NCBI RefSeq assembly: GCF_001194135.2
Contig: NC_068981.1
Span: 73,926,773 to 73,990,772, forward strand
Source: Octopus bimaculoides
Lineage: Eukaryota
Reading direction: 5' to 3'
DNA length: 64,000 bases
In this document: piece after piece, positions 40,736 through 52,564 of the stretch
Numbering within the stretch: the stretch's first letter is position 1
Layout: every line of letters begins with the position of its first letter
The notes under the pieces: model-generated
The model's database searches: none
What the model was told of the DNA's origin: nothing
The model's input: only the letters and a program-made list of their open reading frames with translations
Program-made: the position numbers and the translations under genes

Positions 40736-41806
40736 CGTCGCAAACGAAACTATAACATTTTTCCCAATAACTGTCTTTGTCCCCCACCTTGATTTCAAAA
40801 TCAGAATTCACACCAGTATCCCCTCTGAGCGTTTTTGGAAAGATCATCATTCCTGCTCCTCTGCACCGCTTACCTCCTGCTGGTAACCAAAATAAAAGCT
40901 TAGAAACCGGTTGGTCCCCACCTCTTTGGCAATGACCAGAAAGCATAATCTTCTCTGCCGAATGATGTCTAACAACCATGACAAGCCTTGGGATAATCCT
41001 CTGTTGGTTATATGATCTGTAAGGGCTGTGTGACGTGAGGTAACGAGAATGGCTCTTTTGTATCATATACAGCCCCTTCAATAAAGAGAAATTGAATAGA
41101 AGAAATAAATGCCTGAAGGAAAGAGACACAACTGCATGAGAAAGATTAAGAGAACATTGATATGTTAACATGTATGTCTGTGTGTGCGTCATTCATACAG
41201 AATAATGGACAGGTCGTATTGAGAACAAAATGTATGTGTGTGTAGGCATAGATGTAGGCACGTGTATTAAGTACATTTAAGGATGGCAATGAAGAAGAAG
41301 GCAGTGAAAGCGTCAATAAGCCATCGGAGTGAGAAGTAAGTTCATAGACACAAGAAAGACAATGCCAGTTCGTAGTCAATCGTACATGGTAGTTGAAATA
41401 CTGTGTCAAGAAGTTGCGGCCATGATGCTGAGCCGGTTACAGGTACATGTCGTACGTGAAGTCGTGGCTGTTATGCTGCTGCCTGGGTCACTTGCACAGG
41501 ATTTCATGCAGGTTGTGTATTCGTAGTTGCTCCGTAGTGAAATAATTCACGAACAGTAAACTGTTGGAACCTGGTTGAGTTGTTTGCTGAGCTATGTACG
41601 TAGAGACATAATGTTGACGATGTTTAGAAGGACAGGTGGTGGCGATGAAGAAGGAGGTTGCCGCAATGCTGTTGGACGAAGTTGGTAAGACTTAATGTAG
41701 TCACTGTGGTTGTGGTGTTGTCTGGTGTTGTCGCTGGAACTGGCTGTATCTTCGTGGTCAGTGGCAGACCTTAAAAGTTCTGGAGTCAAAGACCCCGGAA
41801 AAGCTG

Positions 41807-41946
41807 TTTTTATAAGGAGCTGTAGGCTAAAAACAGAGTAGTGAACAGGCTGTTCTACGTGATCCTATTCAAAGCCTCTGACTGGTTATACGCAGCAAGT
41901 TGGCACAACACCGAGTAGGATACACATTGCGCCAATACCAACCAAT
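41807..41946 (-). promoter_or_regulatory. Putative Pol II promoter: TATAAAAA, two CCAAT boxes, TACGTG
   Basis: TATA at 41814-41807, CCAAT at 41932 and 41942, RCGTG core at 41856-61, in non-repetitive CpG-rich sequence. Confidence 0.4.
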
Positions 41947-43989
41947 CAGAGTAGTGGACACAACGGGATACAAATAGCGGTCAAAGACTAGCTGTTCCCT
42001 GCTACGTTCGAATGCACGTTTATATAATGAATGGAAGAGAGGACTTTCACCCGAGTCTACGCTACAGACCTCTCCAACTGGTGTTAAAAATTATTCTCAA
42101 TAGTTTAGTATATAATCTAATTTCTAGGTTTCGTGTTATGGTCCAAGTTTCTGAGTTGTATAGCAGAGTAATTTCATGAACATACCCTAATCAATCTAAG
42201 TCTCAGTTTTCAGTTAACGTTAGACTTCCATATTTTATATAGCTAATTTGGTGCATGGCTGCAACAAATAAGCTAAACAAAATATAGAAGTCTAACACTT
42301 ACGCACACGCACACATGCACACACTAACAATTTGGGTGCGGTAATCGGTAATACAATCCATTCCTATATTACACGTTGGGTGAAAACAACAGTCTGTTTT
42401 GATTTTCTCAGTTTATTTGAGATCAGCAAGTTCTGATTTGCCAGACTAATGCCTTTATAAATTTGCCTGTAAAACAAATCGTTGTTAGGTTGTTATTATG
42501 TGATGTATGATAGAGTACAAAATATCTGCAATGTACGAGACATACTTACGTAACACCATTGGGTAATTTATTCATACTTGCGGAAGTTAACACGCGTACA
42601 CACGTGCGCTAAAGGCTTGTAGAAATAGATGTTCATGCGTATGCATAAGTAACATATGGACGGAGCGAAGTCAGTAAGCAAGCATTTTGCTTGTGCGTAT
42701 GTGAATGTGTTGGCACATATACGTGGGAATGTATGTGTACAGATACATATTCTTTTTTTATAAACGTATACCGCTGTGTGAGTGCGCGTGAGTCAGTGTA
42801 TATAGATGTGTGAGTCTATTTGTCTATGTCCATGCCAGCGCATGTGTATGTAAATTCGTGGCCAGACACCCTAGGGAAGACTGACTTATGAAAGTGTTTA
42901 CAAAGGCAATAGTTGAATGCTATGACCGATAAACCGGAACTCATTGGACCCAAATACTATAAAAACGTTAAGACGAACACATCTACGACTTCACTCTTTT
43001 ATCTTGATAGGTGTCAGTCTCAGTATTTACTACTCCTATGACCCAAGGCTCTTTTGCCTCACTTTCTCCACTTTTCTACATTATATAAATATATGTGTGT
43101 GCGCATGTGTATAAGTGTGTGTCAGGATGCCGAAACGTATGTGCGCGTGTGTACGTCTATCACTGACCTGCCCCCCCCCTTTTTCATCTCTCTTTGCCTT
43201 TTCTTAACATTATCTCACTATTTCGCCTTCTATCATCCTCCACTCTGGTATACAACCTTGCTTACTCATAATAATCATAGCTGGGGTAAGTAAGGTCGTG
43301 CAACAAATATCATATTGTATCTTTTGCTATAATACCGAGGAAGATTGTCACCTGGCTTGCGGAAAGGAACTTACGTTATATAAACTTCAAAATATCAATT
43401 ACAAATTAGCCCTACTCAGTAGAACCAAGGCTACCTACGCACAAAATAAAAGTTCCCAGACGTGCAATAGATGTAGCAAGGTAGTAGATAAAACTACCAA
43501 CATTAATGGATTCTGAAAGGTTCTTTTGGACTACAGCCATCTGCCATCTTTCAAAAAACGCCAATATACCAATATACACCACTAAAGGAAAGTCAGACTT
43601 CCCCGGATGACCAGCACTTCTCGTTAGCGCCATATTTTGACGATAGAACCGCTGCCACAGATCGTCGAACGATTCAGAGAGACTCTTTGGGTATATAGAT
43701 TAGCACTCTGGTCCTTCCTTGAAATTCCTCTCTGGAAATCGTTTAAATGCCAATATTACAAATGCACGTTAGCTGTTGCTTTAGCAATTATGTGGATATG
43801 TGCTTAAAAGCTAACGTAGCGTATTAAACAGTCTGCAATAAATGTGGTCTTACCTACATGGAAACAGCTACATGTCCGAAAACTTCGTCAAATTTCCTTT
43901 CGTACGTCGGTGTTCTTCGCTTTATTCGAAAACAGTGTGTCTACTGTAATGAACTCGTCATCCCAAACACATCAGCTAAGAAACAGTTA

Positions 43990-44130
43990 AAGAAATGCTG
44001 CACTGAAGACATCACGATTACCATCAAGGCAACAGAACGGAACATCGATAATTTGAGAATTAAGGACGCTTTCCTCATTAACAAACAGAGTCCACCTATT
44101 AACAATGGATGTGAACTGCAGGAAAGCAGA
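43990..44130 (+). mobile_element. Penelope-like GIY-YIG endonuclease C-terminal remnant
   Basis: EDITITIKATERNIDNLRIKDAFLINKQSPPINN resembles the L.IKEAL.I.K..P.IN motif. Confidence 0.5.
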
Positions 44131-44334
44131 AATGCTATTAAAACAATATCAATTTGTGTATGTTGTCTCCGGACCATTTATCCGAGTAAAAGATATCAAG
44201 TCATCATAATCATCCATTTTTTCTTGATATAGGGATTTTAATACCGATTTTGCTTTCTCTTCTTTACTTTTGTTTGCTCTTCTTTATCTCCAGCTAGCAT
44301 TCAATTAGTTCTTAAAATAAATTTAACAATACCA

Positions 44335-44490
<156 letters not shown>

Positions 44491-44852
44491 AGCATGTGTA
44501 GACCGATGGATAGCTAGACAAAGAGAAATACGTTATATATATATGCATATGTGTGTGTGTGTGCATGTGAATCTATCTAGTTATCTATGTATCTATTTGT
44601 CTAGCTGTCTGTCTATCAGTCTGTCTGTCTGTCTGTCTGCCTGTATGTATGTATGTATGTACGTATGCATGCATCAATCTGCTCACGTAGGTATGTCTAC
44701 TTGCATGTTATATCACCTCTGTATCTGCACGCTTTGATTTGTATACACATTCATACACATATATTTACCCATTCATAAGTCAAAACATATAGAGACACAC
44801 ATGAAATGACATGCAAGCACACACAAACGTGAGTAAATAGATGCATGCATGC

Positions 44853-44884
<32 letters not shown>

Positions 44885-46119
44885 AAAAAAAAGATGCACA
44901 ACAGGGTAAATAATCAAGCGGGGAAAAGCATTCAAAAATAAATGTTGTAGATTAGGCTATAAATTATTAATATAAGCTAAAATTACAAAGATTGCGACCA
45001 TTAAATTAATGTTTTAGTGATGTTGAAGCAATCAATATAACAAACAGAACAATATTATATTTATATATGGGATAAATTACGAAAATCTTTGATGCAATAC
45101 ATTAACAGCATAAAACAATTCGATATAGTTGGAACGTTCTTGTGTAAGGTTGTTTCTTAGTCGTTGGCTCTTGTGTTTTTGATTTAGACGACAAAAAAGA
45201 ACGAAATTTTTATTAACGTAAACAGAGGAAAATATAATAGATAAACATGATTTCTTTTATTAATGTTATTGATAATACCCAGAAGATGCTTCTCATCCAC
45301 TCACCAAAGTGAATGCAGTTTTGACCAGGAAGAACTGATGTCATCAGATTGTACCCGACAATCATCAAATATTTCGACACTGAACTGTAACACCCTCACA
45401 TTGGTAGATCAGCAGAGGTGACCAAACCACTGGTCATCATCCTCTCCTGGCTTCCAGTTGACCTCCTCTCTCTTGCTCCATAACCAACAAGAGGCTCTTT
45501 CTGATGTTTTTCCCATTCTGCGCACAGCCATCCTTCCCTATTTTCCTCTCGTTCCAATGGGTAGGGAACCCCCTGCAGCCAACCTCGACTGAGAAAAACC
45601 ATGACTAGCATTCCTTCTCCCTGCAATCCTTCAGAAGACTCCCGTTCTTGGCGCGCTTCAATTTGTAGGCCTCGTCACACCCCAAGCCATAACAATGTGC
45701 TTTTAATAAAACAGATTTTTTGGGGATAAATTTTCGACATCAAAGGATTCTTTCCAAACATTACAGTGCTTTGTTTTCTTTCATTTTTCTTTCACTGCTC
45801 AAAAAAAACAAAACAAAAAAAACAAAACAAAAAAAAAAAACAAACAAACAAAAACATCGTTGTAAGTGTTGAATTTCATTGATACTTCAAATACAAATAT
45901 AAAACTAGTCAGGTGACCATGACAAAAGTTTTGCATATATATTGTGTATATTCAACTGACACACATCACACATATTCAGTTGAGTCACTGCATTCAACGC
46001 CAAGTTGTCGATAATCTTTCACGAACGCTTTTGTTGCCGAGACCTCCGTGAAAAGAAATAACAAAGCGATATAGGCAATGAACGACACAAACCTGAATGG
46101 GCGGGAAAATGTCTACAAA

Positions 46120-47401
46120 CAGAGGTTGGAGAAAATAATGGAAACATCTTAAAATTTCAAACAAATTTATTTTAATATGGGGTAGGACCGCCTTTGGCAG
46201 TAATTACAGCTTGAATTCTACGCTGTATGAACTCGTACAAAGTTTGAATTGTTTCCAAAGGAATTTTTGTCCCATTCTTCAGCTAAAACAGTCTCCAGTG
46301 GGGACTGTGGTGGCCAGATAAGATGTTCAACTTCACTAGAATGTTCTTTGTGCCATTCAGTAACAATTTTAGTTGTGGGAATTGGTGCATTATCATCCTG
46401 AAAAGCTGCGTTTCCCTCCGAAAACAGTTCCGCAACCGTATTAATTTTGCCATGAAGAGAAACCACTGGGCTGGCGGATTTCCAAGATATACCCCGCCCC
46501 ACCAATCATTACAGATCCTCCTTGTTTAACAGTTGGAAGAAGGCAGTCTGGGTTAAATGCTTCTTTTGGCTGTCTCCACACGTATACTCGGCCGGTGGTC
46601 GGAAATAAGGTAAAGGATTACTNNNNNNNNNNNNNNNNNNNNNNNNNNNNNNNNNNNNNNNNNNNNNNNNNNNNNNNNNNNNNNNNNNNNNNNNNNNNNN
46701 NNNNNNNNNNNNNNNNNNNNNNNNNNNNNNNNNNNNNNNNNNNNNNNNNNNNNNNNNNNNNNNNNNNNNNNNNNNNNNNNNNNNNNNNNNNNNNNNNNNN
46801 NNNNNNNNNNNNNNNNNNNNNNNNNNNNNNNNNNNNNNNNNNNNNNNNNNNNNNNNNNNNNNNNNNNNNNNNNNNNNNNNNNNNNNNNNNNNNNNNNNNN
46901 NNNNNNNNNNNNNNNNNNNNNNNNNNNNNNNNNNNNNNNNNNNNNNNNNNNNNNNNNNNNNNNNNNNNNNNNNNNNNNNNNNNNNNNNNNNNNNNNNNNN
47001 NNNNNNNNNNNNNNNNNNNNNNNNNNNAGTTTTGGTTTTCTTCCGGAATTTTGTTTCAACGAGGAGCTTTTTTCCTCTTTCTCAAAGGCTGTAATTACTT
47101 TCGAGACAGTACTTCTTGATACACGAAACAATTCAGCTGTTTTCTTTACGCTAGCGCCTGCCATACGAGCACCAACAATTTGACGTCTTTGAAAGTCCGA
47201 TAGATCTGTCATTTTAATGAAATTTAATTACCTTTTTCTGAAGATATCTGAAAAGAAACATCAATTTTAGCAAAACATATTAAGCAACACTAATAATAAA
47301 TCAAAAAACATAAAAACAAACAAGCTTTTGACGGTTTTATAATTATTTCGAAATTATGATACTATGATGTTAGGTGTTTCCATTATTTTGTCCAACTCCT
47401 G
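46120..47401 (-). mobile_element. Tc1-family DNA transposon, degenerate
   Basis: TIRs CAGAGGTTGGAGAAAATAATGGAAACATC / GGTGTTTCCATTATTTTGTCCAACTCCTG. Transposase 47212-46172 reads MTDLSDFQRRQIVGARMAG...SGRKPK, gap, FQDDNAPI...WPPQSP...KGGPTPY*, with deletions and frameshifts. Confidence 0.92.
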
Positions 47402-47969
47402 TACAACGTTAATTCAAGCATTTCCGTTTGGTCACCTACAACGACAGGAAACCGCTAATATTCTCACGCCACTTACATTTACACACCAACATCGCTTGAC
47501 AACCGATGTTGGTGTGTTTTTACGTCCCCGTAACTCTTCGGCAAAAGAGACCTATAAAATAAGTACTAGGCTTACAAAGAATAAGTCCTGGGATAGATTT
47601 GTTTGACTAAAGGTCACAGTCAAAAGACTGAAATAAATAAAAGAATAAAAGAATATGATAGTTCGCCCAACAAATTTGACGACGACGGAGGCAGCAACAT
47701 GACTTGCACAAGTTTGACGTACATACATACATACATACATACATACATACATACACACACACTCACACACACACACATACATACATACATACATAAATAC
47801 ATCCAATATAGGTAGAATCAGGGGGTTTAGTTATGGCCCCTTTTAACTATGATTGTTAATTAGATGATAAACGAGTGGTTCGATAGGGTGAGTAACAATC
47901 ATATAACTTTTTGGCATAAGTTTTTTTGACAAATCCTGATTTACTGAATTTCTATGACGCGTGTAAACC

Positions 47970-48060
47970 ATGAGGTTATCTGGCCAAGAACGTCATTACA
48001 ACCAGCAGTTAAATATGGCGGTGTATCTGAAATGATTTGGGGAGCAATTTGGAACAGTAA
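47970..48060 (+). mobile_element. Small Tc1 transposase remnant
   Basis: LQPAVKYGGVSEMIWGAIW resembles the Tc1 motif PTVKHGGGSVMVWG. Confidence 0.5.
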
Positions 48061-48704
48061 GAGACGAGACTTGGCTGTGTTGTTAATGTTAATCGAAACA
48101 ATTCAGAAGACGGGTTTCCCCTGTCATTCAAACAGAACAAATTATATATATAATAAAAAAGAATTGATAAAATAAATCAATAATCAACGGCCTCATCATG
48201 GAGGATGAATCTCACTATCAGACTATAAAAAGATATAATAATGGGAGGACCTAAAGGATTACAAACGATCTTTTTGGCCGAGTTTGTCCCTTGACACAAA
48301 CTTTACACTAGACAAAATTTAACGTGATTATGTATTTAAAAATAAAAATTGCAAGATGGTAGGGATTGTTAGGAAATTTATGCGAAATGTGGCCAGTAAT
48401 ATCTCAAGTTATATATATGTATATATCTATTTTTACCTAGGCATCACGCGGATCTTGAAGCAATTAAAGGAAGGTTGATAATATATTAATAGTTAAAATT
48501 AAATTATTGAAAATTCATTTTTTATTCCCCTAAATTTCTTAAGGTGATTACTTCTATATGCAGATCGGTTACGTGAAATTCAGACTATAAGTTTTCTGAA
48601 GTCTTACAGTTGCAGTATACAACAGTATTTTACTCGACTTTTGGTATATGTGGGCTACTTTTTGCTGCCGTGTTCTGCACTTGTGTGCTCACACATATTT
48701 GTAA

Positions 48705-48746
<42 letters not shown>

Positions 48747-49667
48747 ATAATTTGGACAAATTAGTATAAGTCGATTAATGTGTTTAAATGTTGAGTAGTC
48801 ACCCAGGCTGATGGGTCGAAACATATGTTGTACCTAATAAAAGTCTAATAAGAAATCCATCACCTACTACTAATTANNNNNNNNNNNNNNNNNNNNNNNN
48901 NNNNNNNNNNNNNNNNNNNNNNNNNNNNNNNNNNNNNNNNNNNNNNNNNNNNNNNNNNNNNNNNNNNNNNNNNNNNNNNNNNNNNNNNNNNNNNNNNNNN
49001 NNNNNNNNNNNNNNNNNNNNNNNNNNNNNNNNNNNNNNNNNNNNNNNNNNNNNNNNNNNNNNNNNNNNNNNNNNNNNNNNNNNNNNNNNNNNNNNNNNNN
49101 NNNNNNNNNNNNNNNNNNNNNNNNNNNNNNNNNNNNNNNNNNNNNNNNNNNNNNNNNNNNNNNNNNNNNNNNNNNNNNNNNNNNNNNNNNNNNNNNNNNN
49201 NNNNNNNNNNNNNNNNNNNNNNNNNNNNNNNNNNNNNNNNNNNNNNNNNNNNNNNNNNNNNNNNNNNNNNNNNNNNNNNNNNNNNNNNNNNNNNNNNNNN
49301 NNNNNNNNNNNNNNNNNNNNNNNNNNNNNNNNNNNNNNNNNNNNNNNNNNNNNNNNNNNNNNNNNNNNNNNNNNNNNNNNNNNNNNNNNNNNNNNNNNNN
49401 NNNNNNNNNNNNNNNNNNNNNNNNNNNNNNNNNNNNNNNNNNNNNNNNNNNNNNNNNNNNNNNNNNNNNNNNNNNNNNNNNNNNNNNNNNNNNNNNNNNN
49501 NNNNNNNNNNNNNNNNNNNNNNNNNNNNNNNNNNNNNNNNNNNNNNNNNNNNNNNNNNNNNNNNNNNNNNNNNNNNNNNNNNNNNNNNNNNNNNNNNNNN
49601 NNNNNNNNNNNNNNNNNNNNNNNNNNNNNNNNNNNNNNNNNNNNNNNNNNNNNNNNNNNNNNNNNNN

Positions 49668-49742
<75 letters not shown>

Positions 49743-50924
49743 TGCGTATAGGCGCGCGTGTGTGTGTGTGTCGGGTTATTTAAAGGTCTGCAATTATACA
49801 AGTGCCTCCCAGTATGTTTACAAAATGTAAATGATGGTGCCATGCATATTAAAAAAAGACAAAAAGTAACGAAAGAGATGGAAACCTAAACACAAATGAA
49901 GGTAGACAGAAGACAGAGTAAACAGTTCTAAATGCAGTGTTCCAGAATGGCCATAGTTCTAATGGATAAAATAAACGACAGAATAGAAGAAGATATATAC
50001 TCGACATTCTTTCCCTTAGTTTCCGCTTCCAAAATCGCTCGATCATAGAGTAAGGTAGAAAACACTTGCTTAAGAGTACTTCGCTGTGGGGTCGAACTTG
50101 AATCCAGTCAGTTGAGAAGCAAACATTTTGTAGTTAATAGACAGTGAGACGAAATCTATGGATTTGCAGAATCGCAAGAGCGTCGGGTAAAACACTAAAC
50201 GGTATTTAGTTATCGATCTTTACGTTCTGAGTTCAAAGCCAGCTGAGGACATTACCTTTCATCTCTCTCTCTCTCTCTCTCTCTCTGGGATCGATAAGAT
50301 AAAATATCAGTCTAGTACTGGGGTCGTTGTATCTGACTAACCACCTTCAAAATTGCTGGCTTTGTGCCTAAATTAGAAAGACAATTAATTGTTGGAGTAT
50401 CTCCAAAAATATTGTTTTTAATGAATGTAGTAGCCTCGAAGATGCATCATCACCGCGAGGGACATCCAACCTGATTCTGGCTTGTGTAATTGAAGCGATG
50501 TGTCTAGACGAGAAATGGAACGTTATTATTTTGCTTTTCTATTTTGGTTTGATAATACAACTGGCATTTGTGAGTGAATGCTGCAGAGCTTTATGATAAA
50601 CAAGAAGTTGATCAATGAACATTGGACAATTTAATTTATATCTTACTGGCTTAAATCCTGATGTGGCTGGTTACTGCTTATTTGACTTAAGAACTGTTAT
50701 AATTGCTACCTTTGTATATTCAGAGAAACGACGACAACAACAGTAGCAGCAGCAACAATCCTATCTACTATAGACACAATGCCTGAAATTTTGGGGTAGT
50801 CGATAACATCGACCCAATTGTTTCACTGGTACTTAATTTATCGACCCGGAAAGGATGAAAGGCAAAATCGACCTCAGCGGGATTTGAACTCAAAGCTTAG
50901 CGACAGACGAAATGCCGAATGCCC

Positions 50925-51095
50925 GAAATTGGCACAACACGAATACAAAAGACAGCATAACAATGTGGCAAGAACGATCCATTGGAGATTTGTGGAGATT
51001 ATGGTCTAGAAAGATCAAAGACGTGGTATGACCAGAGGGAATTACTGAGAAAGAAGATTGCAAAATCCTGTGAGATGCAATGATTCAATTTGACC
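50925..51095 (+). mobile_element. Second R4/Dong-clade remnant (zinc-knuckle/RLE region)
   Basis: CPKLAQHEYKRQHNNVARTIHWRF, then after a frameshift GLERSKTWYD..EKEDCKIL*DAMIQFD. Confidence 0.7.
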
Positions 51096-51162
51096 TTCAG
51101 TTTAGACAGCTGACACTTCTCATCATACCCAGCAAAATAGGTTGAGAAGTTTCATTGAAAAA

Positions 51163-51194
<32 letters not shown>

Positions 51195-51550
51195 ATAGTT
51201 TCAAATTTTGGCACAAGGCCAGCAAGTTCGGGGGAGAGAGTAAGTCGATTATATCGAACCCAGTACTTAACTGGTACTTATTTCAGCGACCTCGATTGAT
51301 GAAAGGCAAAGTCGACATCCGCGGCATTTAACAACAACAACAACAACAACAACAATAATAATAATAATGATAATGATATTGACTTCAAATTTTGGCACAA
51401 GGCTAGCAATTTCGGGGTGGGGGGAAACTAATGATGATGATGATGATGATTATGTATGTATGCACAAACACACACACATACGTGTGTGCAAAACTTTGAA
51501 TTACTTGTAAAGATCAGCCGACGTCCTTCCACAAAATTTCCATCGACCTA

Positions 51551-51589
<39 letters not shown>

Positions 51590-51704
51590 TTATTCAGCTT
51601 TATTTCAAAATTTCTTGCCAATAGAGAAAGAGCCGGTTTCTAGCTTAGATCCAAGAGCCGGTTTCTAGCCTTCATTGGAGTTTCAACATCACCAAGGGTA
51701 TTTT

Positions 51705-51815
51705 GTACGTACGTACCTACGTACGTATGTATGCATGTATGTATGTATGTACGTATGTATGCATGTATGTATGTATGTATGTATGTTTGTGTGTATGTAT
51801 GTATGTATGTATACG
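51705..51815 (+). repeat. (TATG)n microsatellite
   Basis: Read directly. Confidence 0.92.
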
Positions 51816-51844
51816 TGCAGATTTGTATGTTTTGTTTTATGTAT

Positions 51845-52457
51845 GTCTTCTCAAGCATAGAGTTACATATCTAGACATGCTCATATATTTATTTATTTAT
51901 GTGTTTCAGCCAAGTGGCTGCGGTCTTAAATTATAAACTTCTGGAAAGTTTTACAGATTTTTACAGTTCCAGTGATAGCTTGGATCTGTAGTTTTCGAAT
52001 CAGCTTTCTCCCTTCTGGTTTTCTGAAGCCTAATTTATTAAGAATGGCACTTAGGCAGTGTATTTCATATCCCAGTGCCCCAATAATTACAGGTATAAAC
52101 CTGACCTGGTAATCGGGATAGTGTAACTGTAGATTTCTTAATAGTTCAGCGTAGGTATTATCTTTTTCACTGATCTTCAGCTTTATGTTAACATCCGATG
52201 GACAGCTGATTTTCACAATGTACACGGTTTCTCTTCCTCATCCTAAATTATTATATCAGGTCTATTGTGCTTACATTTTATTGAAGTTTTCACAGGACAT
52301 TCTACCAGTACTCCTTTTTATTATGAGTGGCTATGGCTTCCACCATACTGTAAATTCTTATTTCTTTGTCTTCTGGGTTATCCTTTCCATGGATCTCATT
52401 ATACAGTGTCCTAGCTACATCATGTCTCATCAGTAAATAATACCGTGATGACATTTT
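51845..52457 (-). mobile_element. R4/Dong-clade (RLE) non-LTR retrotransposon 3' end, 5'-truncated
   Basis: KMSSRYYLLMRHDVARTLY...KKEYW, then SCPSDVNIKLKISEKDNTYAELLRNLQLHYPDYQVRFIPVIIGALG...GTVKICKTFQKFII* (stop 51926). This fits the RHD and D...K..KY...P.IIGALG signatures of a restriction-like endonuclease domain. Confidence 0.8.
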
Positions 52458-52564
52458 GTATGTATGTATGTATTGATATGTGCATTTACGTTTCTTCACA
52501 CTCGAAAGTGAAAGTAGCCATTCATTGAAGAGTGTCATATAGAACAATTACTTCTCATGTTCCT

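Noticed and set aside
40502-40886. Poly-Asp, poly-His and poly-Ser ORFs
   Set aside because: Translations of a (CAT)n microsatellite.
45386-45694. TGTAACACCC...ATAACA segment resembling a solo LTR
   Set aside because: No matching 4-6 bp TSD at these ends.
48860-49843. Long ORFs spanning N-gaps (also near 7.2-7.8, 10.1, 24.1, 52.6-53.6, 60.3 and 61.6-62.3 kb)
   Set aside because: Artefacts of N runs and dinucleotide repeats.
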